From the NCBI GenBank assembly GCA_038245295.1, contig JBBRSP010000004.1, forward strand, positions 256,001 through 320,000: DNA of 64,000 nucleotides. Reading direction: 5' to 3'. Source of the DNA: Candidatus Binatia bacterium. Its GTDB lineage: Bacteria; Desulfobacterota; Binatia; HRBIN30. The notes under the pieces were generated by a model, which did no database searches, was not told the DNA's origin, and saw only the letters and a program-made list of their open reading frames with translations. Each line of letters begins with the position of its first letter. The first letter of the stretch is position 1. The position numbers and the translations under genes are program-made. Of the stretch, positions 46,493 through 57,540 are shown piece after piece.

Positions 46493-47638
46493 TTACTCCG
46501 TCTGGCTCAGTTGATTCAAGCGCTCCAACGTATCCAGACACTCCTCGGCCATCATCCGCACAACATCACGGCTCGACATCGGCACATTCATCTGACCGAC
46601 TACCTGGCCGACGAAGTACGTTACCAGAGGACGTGCCGGGGAGTCGGCTTTGTGGGCGACGCGATGAATCCGGCGCTGCGAGTCGGCGACCAGCATACTC
46701 TGCAGCGGCATCGGTAGCGGTTCCGGCGCCCCCGGCTCCTCCCAGGCATCGGTCCACGCCGTGCGCAGCATGCGGGCCGGCTTGCCGGTGAGCGAGCGCG
46801 AGCGTCGCGTGTCGGCCGAGGTCGCGGCGAGAAACTTCTCGCGAATGGTCGGCGATGTCTCGGCCTCATGCGTCGTCAGCCACACCGATCCACACCACAC
46901 GCCCTCAGCACCAAGAGCCAGAGCCGCCGCCATTTGTCGGCCGTTCGCGATGCCACCGGCAGCCAGCACCGGAACCGGCGCCACGGCGTCGACGACCTGC
47001 GGGATCAGCACCATGGTGGCAATCTCGCCCGTATGGCCGCCGCCTTCCGTGCCCTGCGCAATGATCAAGTCGACGCCGCCTTCCTTGTGAGCGACGGCAT
47101 GGTCGACGCGGCCGGCCAAGGCAGCGACCGGAATACCGGCAGCATGGGCCTTGTCGACAAGCCAGCGCGGCGGGGTGCCAAGCGCCGACGCGATCAACGC
47201 CACCTTGTGAGCGAAGGATACCTCGATCAGCGGCTCCATACTCTTGGTATCGACGCGCAGCCCCGCCATGCCACGTTGCTCGCGATCGCTGCCGGCTTCG
47301 GCCGGCGGCAGCGCCGGTACGCCGTAGCGCTGCAGCACCTCTTCGATCCACTCTCGGTGGGCGTCGGGCAGCATCGACTTAAGACTGTTCGAATCGAAGC
47401 CACCCGACTCGGCACCGACGTACTTGCGCGGAATGAGCAGATCGACGCCGAACGGCTTGCCTTTGGTCTGCTCGGCGATCCACTTGAGATCGATCTCCAG
47501 CTGTTCCGGCGTGTGGGCGACGGCGCCGAGCACGCCGATCCCGCCGGCATTGGTAACGGCGGCAACGACGTCGCGACAGTGAGTGAAGGCGAAGATCGGG
47601 AAATCGATCCCCAACATCTTGGTTACCCGAGTTTGCAT
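46493..47638 (-). CDS. Nitronate monooxygenase family (Rv1894c-like)
   Basis: PIFAFTHCRDVV, AQGTEGGGHTG, LAAGGI, GVWCGSVWL. Confidence 0.92.
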   Translation of the reverse strand: MQTRVTKMLGIDFPIFAFTHCRDVVAAVTNAGGIGVLGAVAHTPEQLEIDLKWIAEQTKGKPFGVDLLIPRKYVGAESGGFDSNSLKSMLPDAHREWIEEVLQRYGVPALPPAEAGSDREQRGMAGLRVDTKSMEPLIEVSFAHKVALIASALGTPPRWLVDKAHAAGIPVAALAGRVDHAVAHKEGGVDLIIAQGTEGGGHTGEIATMVLIPQVVDAVAPVPVLAAGGIANGRQMAAALALGAEGVWCGSVWLTTHEAETSPTIREKFLAATSADTRRSRSLTGKPARMLRTAWTDAWEEPGAPEPLPMPLQSMLVADSQRRIHRVAHKADSPARPLVTYFVGQVVGQMNVPMSSRDVVRMMAEECLDTLERLNQLSQTE

Positions 47639-47748
47639 GTTCTCTTACCTACCGCGCCTCCCGCCGCCATGCCACGCCACCCGGCGCGTCCGATCAAGGG
47701 TTGATTCAGGCGCGTCGTCGTACGAGAAAGCGCACGGAGATGCATGCA

Positions 47749-49356
47749 ATGAACGAATGGTGGCGCTCGGCGGTATTTTACGAAATCTACGTCCGCAGCT
47801 TTCAGGACAGCAACGGTGATGGTGTCGGCGATCTGGCCGGCATCACGCAGCGGCTCGACTATCTGAACGACGGCACTCGGGGCTCTCTTGGTATCGATGC
47901 CCTGTGGTTAACGCCGGTGAACCCATCCCCGATGTTCGACTTCGGCTACGATGTCGCCGACTACACCGACATCGAGCCGCTGTTCGGCACCCTGGCCGAC
48001 TTCGACCGCCTGATCAGCGAGGCACACCGACGCGGCATTCGCATCATTCTCGACCTCGTCCCCAACCACACCTCGCACTTGCACTCGTGGTTCCGCGAGT
48101 CGCGCGCCGCGCGTACGAATCCGAAACGCGACTGGTACATCTGGCGCGATCCGAAGGCCGACGGCAGCCCGCCCAACAACTGGGTCAGCTCGTTCGGCGG
48201 CCCGGCATGGACGCTCGATCCGACCACCGGTCAGTTCTACCTGCACTCGTTCCTCGCCGAACAACCCGACTTGAACTTTCGCAATCCGGAAGTCGTGCGC
48301 GCCATGCAGGAAGTCATTCGCTTCTGGCTCAATCGCGGCGTCGATGGCTTTCGCGTCGACGTCATCCACAAGATGGCGAAGGACGTGACGTTACGCGACA
48401 ACCCGAAGCCCGCGCCGGAGGAAGAACATCCGATCAAGCACTACGGCGGTCAGGTGCACCTGTACGACGAGGATCAGCCGGAGGTCCACGACATCATCCG
48501 CGATTGGCGCCGCATTCTCGATTCGTATGGCGAGCGTGCCATGGTGGGTGAGGTGTATCTCTTCGATCCAAAACGCGTCGCGACATACTATGGCAACGGC
48601 AACAACGAACTGCCTCTGGCGTTCAATTTCAGCTTCCTGTGGACACACTGGGACGCGGCGGCGTTCCGCGCCAAGGTCGATGAGATCGAAGGCCTGCTGC
48701 CACCCGATGCGCAGCCTACCTACGTGCTCTCGTCCCACGATGCCCCACGCTCGCGCACGCGTTTCGATGACGCGCCGTGGGGCGATCGTCGCGCCCGCAC
48801 AGCGCTGCTGATGCTACTGACCCTGCGCGGCACGCCGTTCCTGTATTACGGGGAAGAGATCGGCATGCACGACGTGTACATTCCGTCCGAACGGATCTGC
48901 GATCCGGTGGGAATTCGTTTACCTGGACTCGGCCGCGACCCCGAACGCACGCCCATGCAATGGAGTGATGCGGCCGGGGCGGGCTTTACGACGGCGGCGC
49001 AAACCTGGTTGCCGCTAGCCGACGACTACGTCGCCAACAACGTCGGCGCACAGAACATCGACACGCGATCCTTCCTGCACTTCACTCGCGAGTTGATCTG
49101 GTATCGCAAGCGCACGCCGGCTCTGACGCGCGGGACGTATACCCCAATAGAATCCCCCCCCGATACGTTCGTCTACGAACGCGTCGACGTCGGGGCACGG
49201 CGCGTCGTCGCACTGAACTTCAGCAGTGAGCCAACGACGATCAAAGGTTTCAAAGGGATGGCTGTGGTGCTCAGTAGTGATGCGCAGCGCCGTCTGCCTG
49301 AAGCGATTGCCTCGGGAGTCGTGCTGCAGCCTTGTGAAGGTGTGATCCTCGAGTAG
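47749..49356 (+). CDS. GH13 alpha-glucosidase
   Basis: [62 protein letters not shown]. Confidence 0.95.
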   Translation: MNEWWRSAVFYEIYVRSFQDSNGDGVGDLAGITQRLDYLNDGTRGSLGIDALWLTPVNPSPMFDFGYDVADYTDIEPLFGTLADFDRLISEAHRRGIRIILDLVPNHTSHLHSWFRESRAARTNPKRDWYIWRDPKADGSPPNNWVSSFGGPAWTLDPTTGQFYLHSFLAEQPDLNFRNPEVVRAMQEVIRFWLNRGVDGFRVDVIHKMAKDVTLRDNPKPAPEEEHPIKHYGGQVHLYDEDQPEVHDIIRDWRRILDSYGERAMVGEVYLFDPKRVATYYGNGNNELPLAFNFSFLWTHWDAAAFRAKVDEIEGLLPPDAQPTYVLSSHDAPRSRTRFDDAPWGDRRARTALLMLLTLRGTPFLYYGEEIGMHDVYIPSERICDPVGIRLPGLGRDPERTPMQWSDAAGAGFTTAAQTWLPLADDYVANNVGAQNIDTRSFLHFTRELIWYRKRTPALTRGTYTPIESPPDTFVYERVDVGARRVVALNFSSEPTTIKGFKGMAVVLSSDAQRRLPEAIASGVVLQPCEGVILE

Positions 49357-49377
49357 CGATGGCGCCGTCGATCCGGA

Positions 49378-50133
49378 TCAAGTGCCGACGCGATTGATCA
49401 AGCTCGCGGCAACCGCAGCGCCGAAGCCGTTATCAATGTTGACGACGGTGACACCGGCGGCGCATGAATTGAGCATCGCCAGAAGCGCCGCGAGACCGCC
49501 AAAGCTGGCACCGTAGCCGACGCTGGTCGGTACAGCGATCACCGGACGGCTGACCAGGCCGGCAACAACGCTGGGCAACGCGCCTTCCATGCCGGCCACG
49601 ACCACCAAGACTGCGGCGGCGCGCAGGCGGTCGTTGTGGGCAATGAGTCGATGGATGCCCGAGACGCCAACATCGGTCAGCCGCTCGACCCGGTTGCCCA
49701 TCATGGTTGCCGTGATCGATGCCTCTTCGGCGACGGGTAGATCGGCCGTTCCCGCCGCAACAACCAGTACGGTACCAACTCCAACAATAGGCGGTGGCGC
49801 ATCAACCAACGTGGCAAGGCGCGCCGACGCCGAATATTCGACATCCGGGAAGGCTTCTTTGAGAGCCGCCAGGCCCGCCGGATCGAGCCGCGTAACCATG
49901 ACATTGTGGCCGCGTCCGCGCAGGCTGCGAGCGATCTCAACAATGTGTTGCGGTTCCTTCCCCGCACCAAAAATCACTTCGGGGAAGCCAGTCCGCAGGG
50001 AGCGATGGTGATCGACTTTGGCAAAGCCGAGGTCTTCGTAGGGCAACGTACGCAGCATCTCGACAGCGTCGTCGGCGCTGACTTGGCCAGCGCTGACGTC
50101 CTGCATCAGCTTTTGCAATCTCAGGGGATCCAT
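49378..50133 (-). CDS. larB: Nickel pincer cofactor biosynthesis protein LarB (PurE-like)
   Basis: [61 protein letters not shown]. Confidence 0.93.
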   Translation of the reverse strand: MDPLRLQKLMQDVSAGQVSADDAVEMLRTLPYEDLGFAKVDHHRSLRTGFPEVIFGAGKEPQHIVEIARSLRGRGHNVMVTRLDPAGLAALKEAFPDVEYSASARLATLVDAPPPIVGVGTVLVVAAGTADLPVAEEASITATMMGNRVERLTDVGVSGIHRLIAHNDRLRAAAVLVVVAGMEGALPSVVAGLVSRPVIAVPTSVGYGASFGGLAALLAMLNSCAAGVTVVNIDNGFGAAVAASLINRVGT

Positions 50134-50144
50134 TGTTCTTACTC

Positions 50145-51122
50145 TTAGAACTGGAAGTGGTCGAAGCCAGTGCCGCCGGGATTCGTGGCGCCGACGACGC
50201 GAACGCGGCGGCCGCTTGTGAAGCGACCGATCAGGGTCATGTCGCAGCCGACGCCACGCACGAGCTGGCGTACTTGTTTCACCTTTGACTCCGGGATTGC
50301 ACACAGCAACTCGTAGTCCTCGCCCCCGCTCAGAGCAAGCTTCGGATCGCCGTGGTTGGCGCGTTGATAGGCGGCCGAGAGAGGCAGACTGGTCGAATTC
50401 ACCACCGCACCGACCTTCGACGCGCGACAGAGATGCCCGAGGTCCTGGACCAAGCCATCGCTTACATCGATCATCGCCGTCGCCAAGCCGCGACGCGCCA
50501 AACGTTGGCCGAGAGCCAGGCGGGCGGTTGGCCGCGCGAAGCGCCGTTGCAGAGGGGCCGAAGGTTGCTTTCCGCGCTTCCACGCGCGCACGGCCGAGGC
50601 GGCATCGCCAAGAGTGCCGCTGACAAACAGGCAGTCACCTGGGCGGGCTCCGGCACGGGTCACCGGGTGCGAGCTCTGCGTTCCGAATACCGTGATGACG
50701 ATCCCCAACTGCCGACCACGCGACAGGTTCCCGCCGATCAAGACGCTGCCGAAAACCTTTGCCTCATCGACAAGACCGCGCTGGATGGCGTGTAGACTGG
50801 CCACCGGGAATCCAGGCGGAACTGTGTAATGAACCACGAGCCAGCGCGGCCGCGCGCCCATGGCCGCCAAATCGCTGACGCTGACGTGGTAACTCCGGCG
50901 TCCAAGTGCCACTGGTGACAACCACGGCAAACGGAAGTGAACGCCTTCCAACTGCGCATCCACGGATACAACCAGGTGCTGCTTGCCAAAACGCACTACC
51001 GCCGAGTCGTCCCCGGGCCCGACCAACACGTCTGGGGACATCGGCCCTGTGCGGCGAAGAACACTACGCAGGAACGGGAACTCACCCCGCTCCCTCAGGG
51101 TTGGCGATCGGCGGCGGCGCAC
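50145..51122 (-). CDS. thiL: Thiamine-monophosphate kinase
   Basis: GEF, GPGDDSAV, EGVHF, SDLAAMGA, IDVSDGL, GGEDYEL, GFDHF. Confidence 0.95.
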   Translation of the reverse strand: MRRRRSPTLRERGEFPFLRSVLRRTGPMSPDVLVGPGDDSAVVRFGKQHLVVSVDAQLEGVHFRLPWLSPVALGRRSYHVSVSDLAAMGARPRWLVVHYTVPPGFPVASLHAIQRGLVDEAKVFGSVLIGGNLSRGRQLGIVITVFGTQSSHPVTRAGARPGDCLFVSGTLGDAASAVRAWKRGKQPSAPLQRRFARPTARLALGQRLARRGLATAMIDVSDGLVQDLGHLCRASKVGAVVNSTSLPLSAAYQRANHGDPKLALSGGEDYELLCAIPESKVKQVRQLVRGVGCDMTLIGRFTSGRRVRVVGATNPGGTGFDHFQF

Positions 51123-51268
51123 GCATCGATGCTTTGCAGCCTATTGCGTCTCGGTCAAGCAAAGCATAACGGGTTGGCGTGACGCATGGTGGACGCTGCG
51201 CCAACTGAGTAGCTACACATATGTACACCCCACACTTGGGAAGTGGGACGGGGACTGATTTTCCAACG

Positions 51269-51284
51269 TGGCACACGTCGTGCA
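51269..51284 (+). promoter_or_regulatory. Candidate sigma-54 (-24/-12) promoter of the chemosensory operon
   Basis: TGGCAC-ACGTC-GTGCA (GG-N10-GC), 30 bp before the ATG at 51315 and its AGGGGAG RBS. Confidence 0.65.
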
Positions 51285-51314
51285 CGCCAATTCGTCCTCA
51301 GGGGAGATTTGTGC

Positions 51315-52310
51315 ATGCCAAGCCTTCAAGAAGCCCCAGTGGCCGCAAGAGTTCTAGTGTTTACGGTGGATGATGGCCTTTTTTGCGTTCACCTGGACTG
51401 GGTGGAGGCTGTCTATCAGAAGGGCGATCTGCCTCTGCACAGCCTAAAAACGCAGCGCGGGTCGCGGCGCTTTGTGATTCATCATGGTCAGCCGGCGTGG
51501 GTGGTCGATCTGCGCGAAGCATTTGCCCTGGATGAGTTGCTCGGACTGAACGAGCGCACGGCCCTCGCAGTCATCCGAGCCGGTTCGGCTCTGTTGGCGG
51601 TGCCGGTGGATGCGTGCGTCGGGGTTCGCGACCTCGACCTTGCGGCGCGCATCCCAGTGCCCTCCGCCGTGTTACGCGATGGCGGCATTCCAGTTGGCCA
51701 TCTCGTTGATATTGACGGCAAACTCCATGGCCTCCTGGAGCCGAGTCGCATCCCGAGCAGCACCCTGCGAGATGAACTCGACCCGCTCCTCAAGGAAGCC
51801 CTGGCCTTCCGTGATCGCGAAGCGAAGCTGACGCAACTCAGTGACGAGTTACGGCGCACACCTAGCCTGGGTGCGCTGAAGAACTTCGGACGCCTCAGTC
51901 GGCGCAACGGCCGTACAAAAACGGCCACCGCTGTACGTTCTTTGCAGAAGGTGTTGGAGAACGGCTACGTGATGAACGGTAGCCTCAATGGCGACCTCAG
52001 CGCCTACACTCTGCTCCGCGACGTCGTCGCCTTGGCAAACGCACAAGCGACCGGAGAATTGCAACTCGACTTACAGGGCAGCGCGGCATGCATCTACTTC
52101 GACGCCGGTCGCGTTGCCGACGCCAAGGCGGCTGGAGAATGGGGGCGCGGGGCGCTGAAGGAGATCCTCGCCAGCCGCAACGGCACCTACTCCTTTGCGT
52201 CGCGCGAGACCGGCATTCGCCCTCAGCGCATTGCCGACGCGACACTTTGGGTGCTGCTCGAGTGCATCGAACAACTGACCGAAGAGCGGCGAGCTCGCCA
52301 CCTTCGATAG
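51315..52310 (+). CDS. CheW domain fused to a DUF4388 (PatA-N)-like domain
   Basis: N-terminus VLVFTV...VVDLREAF...LAVPVDAC (CheW); C-terminus LNGDLSAYTL...TGELQL...IYFDAGRVADA...G..AL...GTYSF. Confidence 0.75.
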   Translation: MPSLQEAPVAARVLVFTVDDGLFCVHLDWVEAVYQKGDLPLHSLKTQRGSRRFVIHHGQPAWVVDLREAFALDELLGLNERTALAVIRAGSALLAVPVDACVGVRDLDLAARIPVPSAVLRDGGIPVGHLVDIDGKLHGLLEPSRIPSSTLRDELDPLLKEALAFRDREAKLTQLSDELRRTPSLGALKNFGRLSRRNGRTKTATAVRSLQKVLENGYVMNGSLNGDLSAYTLLRDVVALANAQATGELQLDLQGSAACIYFDAGRVADAKAAGEWGRGALKEILASRNGTYSFASRETGIRPQRIADATLWVLLECIEQLTEERRARHLR

Positions 52311-52328
52311 CCAAGCGGAGAAGATCGC

Positions 52329-54026
52329 ATGAGCCGCGCAAAGATTCTTGGCGTTGATGATAGTCTGACAATCCGCAAGGCCCTTGAGATCGTCCTCAAG
52401 CCAGCCGGTTACGAGCTCGAGCTGGCCGTCGACGGAGCCGACGCCCTGGCCAAGGCGAAATCGTTCAAGCCCGACATCATTCTTCTTGACTTCATTCTGC
52501 CCGACATGCGTGGCAGCGAAGTGTGCCAGCACCTGGCGCTCGACCCCGCGACGGCAAATATTCCTGTCGTCCTGGTATCGGCCAAGGGGGCAGAGATTCG
52601 CCAAGCCTACCGGGATGTGCGCAATGTGGTCAGTTACATCGCCAAGCCCTTCAAGCCACAGGTCATCACCAGCATCGTGGCTGAGGTACTCGCCAAGGTC
52701 GCTTCGGGTGAACTGATCAAATCGGCTGTATCGGTACACGAGGCCGAGGGAATCACGTCATTTGGCGCGCCGCCAGCCGCAGCGCCACCTCCGCCCATGG
52801 CGGCACAACCGCCTCCATCTGTAACAACCGCCGCACCGACGCCGCCTCTTCCTCCTCCGTCGATACCGTTGGCCGCTGGTCCATCGGTGCCTGTCGCCCC
52901 GACGATGGTCGAGGTGCCGATAGCAACTGCGGCGGCCGAGCAGGCGCCCCCAACCCCAGCCGTGGAAGAAATGCCCCTGGCTGCGGCGCCGCCCGAACCT
53001 ACAGCCGCCGAACCGGCCGCCCCTCAAGTTGCCGCTGCACCGGGGCCGGCCGTACCATTTGTCACAGAACCGGCTGTCGCACCGGTGGTTCTCGCACCGC
53101 CCGTGGTTTTTGCTCCGACACCGAGTTTTGTACCGCCGCCGGTTCAAACACCGATATTCGCCGCGGCCATCGCCGACGAGGGCGACGAAGCCGAGGGCGA
53201 GGAAGCAGCCGAACAGCCTTCCACCGTGTCGCCGATCACCGACTTGGCGCGCCGCGAAGCGCTCGAGCTCATGTTCGAGACGCTGCGGGCCGGTATCGAA
53301 GGTGTCTACGTCGAGGAAGTGGATACACCCCTCGGTGCCGCATCTGACCAAGCGAAATCCTACACGGAAATCCTCGAAACGCTGGCGCGTGAAATTGGCG
53401 AGGGGTTGAGTCACGCGCGCTCTGGGGCGCGTCACTTCATGTATGGTGACGGTTCAGTTCGTTCTCTGGACGAATCAATGCTCGAGTTTTTCCGACGCTC
53501 TTGTCGCCTCCTCTTCCGCGCCGTCAATGCCGGGGCGGTGTCACAAGAGGCTCCGTTGACACGGCGCCGAATCCTGGTGGCGTGCCAGAAGGACAGCCAG
53601 GTTCACCGTCATGTCCCGGCTCTACTGGCCGCCCACCCTGAATGGCAAGTCTTCACGATCAGCGAAGGATTCCGCCAGCTCCCCTTGATGGCCCGCCTGT
53701 ATGGGCCGACCGAGATCATCACCGAGGTGACTTGGGGCGGTGCGTTGTGGGATCAGTTGGCCACGTTACAGAAGCTGCCCGAAGCCCGCTCGATCAACGT
53801 GATCGGCGTAGCCTCGCCGGATCGGCACCCACCGGCGAATCTGGGCAGTGACACGGCGCGCACGGCGGCCCTTGCCGAACGTGGCATTCGCTCGGTCACA
53901 GGATCAGTGTTCGATTTGGATCGCGAGTTCGCCGGCCCCGCGGAAGCGCCCGGAAACGACACCCCGGTCTCGACGGGAGAGCCGGGTGGTCGGACCGATT
54001 CGCTAGTTGAGCTGACGAATCCCTAG
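52329..54026 (+). CDS. Response regulator: REC + long Pro/Ala linker + unknown C-terminal domain
   Basis: VDDS, IILLDFILPD, VVLVS, KPF; Pro/Ala-rich region of roughly 150 aa; folded C-terminal region. Confidence 0.85.
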   Translation: MSRAKILGVDDSLTIRKALEIVLKPAGYELELAVDGADALAKAKSFKPDIILLDFILPDMRGSEVCQHLALDPATANIPVVLVSAKGAEIRQAYRDVRNVVSYIAKPFKPQVITSIVAEVLAKVASGELIKSAVSVHEAEGITSFGAPPAAAPPPPMAAQPPPSVTTAAPTPPLPPPSIPLAAGPSVPVAPTMVEVPIATAAAEQAPPTPAVEEMPLAAAPPEPTAAEPAAPQVAAAPGPAVPFVTEPAVAPVVLAPPVVFAPTPSFVPPPVQTPIFAAAIADEGDEAEGEEAAEQPSTVSPITDLARREALELMFETLRAGIEGVYVEEVDTPLGAASDQAKSYTEILETLAREIGEGLSHARSGARHFMYGDGSVRSLDESMLEFFRRSCRLLFRAVNAGAVSQEAPLTRRRILVACQKDSQVHRHVPALLAAHPEWQVFTISEGFRQLPLMARLYGPTEIITEVTWGGALWDQLATLQKLPEARSINVIGVASPDRHPPANLGSDTARTAALAERGIRSVTGSVFDLDREFAGPAEAPGNDTPVSTGEPGGRTDSLVELTNP

Positions 54027-54044
54027 CTTGGATCAGGGGGGAAA

Positions 54045-54404
54045 ATGCCCAAGGTTTTGATTGTGGACGACGTGCGGAGCGATGTACAGCTAATGGCAGA
54101 TGCCTTGCGACCGGCGGGATATGACTGCATCCGGGCCAGCAATGGCGTGGAGGCGTTGGAAAGAGCACGCAGCGAGAAGCCCGACGTGATCCTGCTCGAT
54201 ATCGTCATGCCCGGTCAGGATGGGTTCGCGACGTGCCGCCAATTGAAGAGGGATACAACGACGAAGCATATTCCGGTGGTCATGGTGAGCTCGAAAAACG
54301 GGGAAAGCGACAGGTTCTGGGGGCAGAAGCAAGGCGCGGCTGAGTATCTGATCAAGCCGTTTTCGCCGAACGATCTGCTCGCCATCGTCAAGAGGTTTGC
54401 GTGA
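54045..54404 (+). CDS. pilH: Single-domain response regulator, PilH-like
   Basis: LDIVMPGQDGFATCRQLK, IPVVMVSSK, SDRFWGQKQGA..YLIKPF. Confidence 0.85.
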   Translation: MPKVLIVDDVRSDVQLMADALRPAGYDCIRASNGVEALERARSEKPDVILLDIVMPGQDGFATCRQLKRDTTTKHIPVVMVSSKNGESDRFWGQKQGAAEYLIKPFSPNDLLAIVKRFA

Positions 54405-54952
54405 GCGTTAGCGAGACCAAGACTGAGGGTGCTCTGGATGTCGATGCGCAGCTAAGCGCGCGCTTGGCACAGCTCGGCCAGGAGCACTGTATTTTCAGTC
54501 GACACGGACAAGTGTACGCCCTGAGCGTCTCCACGGCCCGCGAAGTTCTGATGAGCGAACGGGTAACACCCGTTCCCCGGGCCCCCGCGACCCTGGTCGG
54601 CGTACTCAACTTGCGCGGTGAAGTGTTGCCACTGGTCTATCTCGACGCGTTGCTGCAGCTGCCCTTCCGAGCCTACGGTAGTGATGATCAAGTCTTGGTT
54701 TTGGCAAGTAACAACGTTTGGGTCGGCATCGTCGTCGACAAAGTTCGCGATGTTCGGCCGATCAATCCTAAAGAGGTAACGGCGGTTCCTGCGTCGATCC
54801 CGATACATCCGGTTTACAAGAGCTACTGGAACGGCACGGGCGATTCCGTGATCATTCTCGATGGCGATACTCTGGTGGCGGCCGCAACCACGCTCGTGAG
54901 CAGGGGCCTGCAAGAAGCGACTGAACAGATGTCGACGCCGTCGACAAGATAG
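54401..54952 (+). CDS. cheW: CheW/PilI coupling protein
   Basis: [31 protein letters not shown] overlap with pilH. Confidence 0.9.
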   Translation: MSVSETKTEGALDVDAQLSARLAQLGQEHCIFSRHGQVYALSVSTAREVLMSERVTPVPRAPATLVGVLNLRGEVLPLVYLDALLQLPFRAYGSDDQVLVLASNNVWVGIVVDKVRDVRPINPKEVTAVPASIPIHPVYKSYWNGTGDSVIILDGDTLVAAATTLVSRGLQEATEQMSTPSTR

Positions 54953-54966
54953 GTAGAGGGGGAACT

Positions 54967-57489
54967 ATGGCAAAGAAAAGCGCTCCGGCGGCGGCTCGCG
55001 GCGTTCGTTTGCCAATCTTGTGGCAGCTGCTGTTGGCATTCATCCCACTGGCAGTCTTCGCGATCGCCGTGGTTGGCGTCGTCAGCTACCGCAAAGCTTC
55101 CGAATCGCTGCGCGACCAGGCAATTCGCCAGTTGCAAACCGTTCGCGACAACAAGGTGCGCGAAATCTCGCGCTATCTGCGTGGGGTTGAAGACCAGGTT
55201 GCAACCTGGGCTCGGAACCCGACAACGGCAGCGGCGCTCAAGCAATTCAACCTCGCGTTGCGCGAGCTCGACACCGATCCCATGACCGAACCGGACAAGA
55301 TCCGGCCGCAGGTCGAGGCCGTGAAGAGCTTCCTGCAAAATCAGTTCGCCCAGGAGATCAAGAAGGGCCTATCGTTCCAATCGGTGATGCCGACGCAACG
55401 CTCGACCCTCTGGTTGCAATATCACTACCTCGCCAACAGCCCCGCTCGCCGCGAACGGGTGATCCTCGAGAACGCCAAGGACGGATCGAAATATTCCGGC
55501 GTGCACGCCATGTGGCACAGTATGTTCAGCAACGTCGTCGTTCGTTTTGGCTTCGAAGATCTTTACCTGATCGACTACGCCACCAAACGGATCGTCTATT
55601 CGGTCAACAAGAACACCGACTTTCTCGCCGACCTGAGCAGTGGCCCCTACGCCGAATCAGCCCTCGGCAAGTTGGTGCGCAAACTCGATACGGCCAAACG
55701 CGAAGGCGACTTCGAAATGACCGACTTCGCGCCCTACCTCGCGACCCTCGGTATGCCTGCGGCGTTTGCCGGAACGCCAATCTTCGAGAACGGCCAACGC
55801 GTCGGTACAATGGTCGTCGGCTTCACGCTGGATGAAATCAACGGCATCATGACGGGCGACAGCGAGTGGGAGCAGGCCGGCCTGGGTAAGACAGGTGAGG
55901 CTTACATCGTCGGGCACCGCGGTAACGACCTGTTGATGCGCAGCGAATCACGCTTTCTTTCCGAGCTCGAGGCATCCAACGCCAGTGTCCTGGCCGCACA
56001 CACCGCCGTCTTGACCCTAAAAGTCGAGTCCGAAGCGGCACTGCTTGGGAATGACAAGAAACAGTTCTCCGGCCGCTACCAGAACTACCGAGGTGTCCCC
56101 GTGTTGGGCGCCTCGACTGTAATGGATCTTCCCAACCTCGACTGGATCGCGATCGCCGAGATCAGCGAAAGCGAGGCTCTGGCGCCCGTCGAGCAATTGC
56201 GCACGTTAATCCTGTATCTGTCGTCTGGACTCGTCGCCGTCTTCGTCGTGGTGGCGCTTGTGATGTCGATCGGGCTGACCCGCCCGGTGCGCGCCCTGGC
56301 GAACGTCGTCAGCGAGCTGCAAAAAGGGAACTATCGAGCTCGCGCCAAGGTACGGGCTCGCAACGAGCTCGGCCTACTTGCCGACGGTCTCAACCAGGCC
56401 TTGGACGAGCGCGTCGAAACGTTGGCCAAGGTCGAGGACGAGAACAAGCGCCTACAGACTGAAATTCGCGGCCTTCTCAACGTCGTCGCGGCGGCCTCCG
56501 ACGGCGACTTCACCATGCGCGCCGTAGTCGGCAGCGGCACCCTCGGGAACCTTTCCGACGCCTTGAACCTGATGTTCGAAAACATCAGCGAGTTGATCGG
56601 TCACCTGCGCGGTGTATCGAGTCGTGTGGTTACCGCCGCCAACCAGATCCAGGATTCCGCGACGCAACTTGCCGAAGGATCGACCCAGCAAACCGCCGAC
56701 GTCAGTCGCACCGCATTGGCGGTGAGTGAGATGAACGAGCGTGTGCAGGCCGTGACGCGAGACGCGGCGAGCGCCGTGGAAGCCGCAAAACGCGCCGAGT
56801 TGGCTGCCCAGTCCGGCAGTGATGTCGTAAAACATGTCGTTGCCGGCATGGAGTCCCTGCAAAAAAATACGCGCGCTTCGGCCATCAAAATCAAACGACT
56901 GGGTGAGCGCTCGATGGAGATTTCCACGATCACCGGCGCCATCCAAAAGATCTCGGCGCAAACCAACATGTTGGCGCTCAACGCCGCCATTGAAGCCTCG
57001 CGCGCCGGCGAACACGGTCTGGGTTTCTCCGTCGTCGCCGACGAAGTGAGAAAGCTGGCCGAGCAGACCGAGTCGGCGGCTCGCGAAATCACCGAACTGA
57101 TCGGCTCGATCCAAACCGAAACCAATGAAGCGGTGAGCGGTATGGAGCGGCAAGCGGAGTACGTGGAAGAGCAAACCATTTCCGTGTTCGACGCCGGTAA
57201 CAGCCTGGAACGCATTCTCGAAGCGTCGGGACAGAGCGCGAGCTTGATCACCGAGATTTCGAACGCCTCCGAACAGCAGGCCAAGAGCGCCAACCAACTG
57301 GCGCAAGCAATGACTAGCGTCTCCGAGGTCGCGCAACAGGCACAAGCCGCGTCGGAGCAAACTCGTCAGGGTTCCGCCGAATTGATCGAAGTCGCCGTCG
57401 AACTGGACGCGCAGATTGGTCTCTTCCGTGTCGAAGGCCAGCCACTGCCGGAGCCAACACAAGGGAACGGTCACGCCACGGCTCATTGA
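54967..57489 (+). CDS. Methyl-accepting chemotaxis protein (PilJ-like; Cache sensor, HAMP)
   Basis: Two TMs flanking a dCache-like region ([20 protein letters not shown]), [47 protein letters not shown]. Confidence 0.95.
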   Translation: MAKKSAPAAARGVRLPILWQLLLAFIPLAVFAIAVVGVVSYRKASESLRDQAIRQLQTVRDNKVREISRYLRGVEDQVATWARNPTTAAALKQFNLALRELDTDPMTEPDKIRPQVEAVKSFLQNQFAQEIKKGLSFQSVMPTQRSTLWLQYHYLANSPARRERVILENAKDGSKYSGVHAMWHSMFSNVVVRFGFEDLYLIDYATKRIVYSVNKNTDFLADLSSGPYAESALGKLVRKLDTAKREGDFEMTDFAPYLATLGMPAAFAGTPIFENGQRVGTMVVGFTLDEINGIMTGDSEWEQAGLGKTGEAYIVGHRGNDLLMRSESRFLSELEASNASVLAAHTAVLTLKVESEAALLGNDKKQFSGRYQNYRGVPVLGASTVMDLPNLDWIAIAEISESEALAPVEQLRTLILYLSSGLVAVFVVVALVMSIGLTRPVRALANVVSELQKGNYRARAKVRARNELGLLADGLNQALDERVETLAKVEDENKRLQTEIRGLLNVVAAASDGDFTMRAVVGSGTLGNLSDALNLMFENISELIGHLRGVSSRVVTAANQIQDSATQLAEGSTQQTADVSRTALAVSEMNERVQAVTRDAASAVEAAKRAELAAQSGSDVVKHVVAGMESLQKNTRASAIKIKRLGERSMEISTITGAIQKISAQTNMLALNAAIEASRAGEHGLGFSVVADEVRKLAEQTESAAREITELIGSIQTETNEAVSGMERQAEYVEEQTISVFDAGNSLERILEASGQSASLITEISNASEQQAKSANQLAQAMTSVSEVAQQAQAASEQTRQGSAELIEVAVELDAQIGLFRVEGQPLPEPTQGNGHATAH

Positions 57490-57540
57490 GCCGTGATCCG
57501 CGCGACCTGATGAGACGACTGGACGAAGAGGGACCGACGG

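Noticed and set aside
49378..50133. Complete lactate racemase (lar) system
   Set aside because: Only larB is present; stand-alone larB beside housekeeping genes is common.
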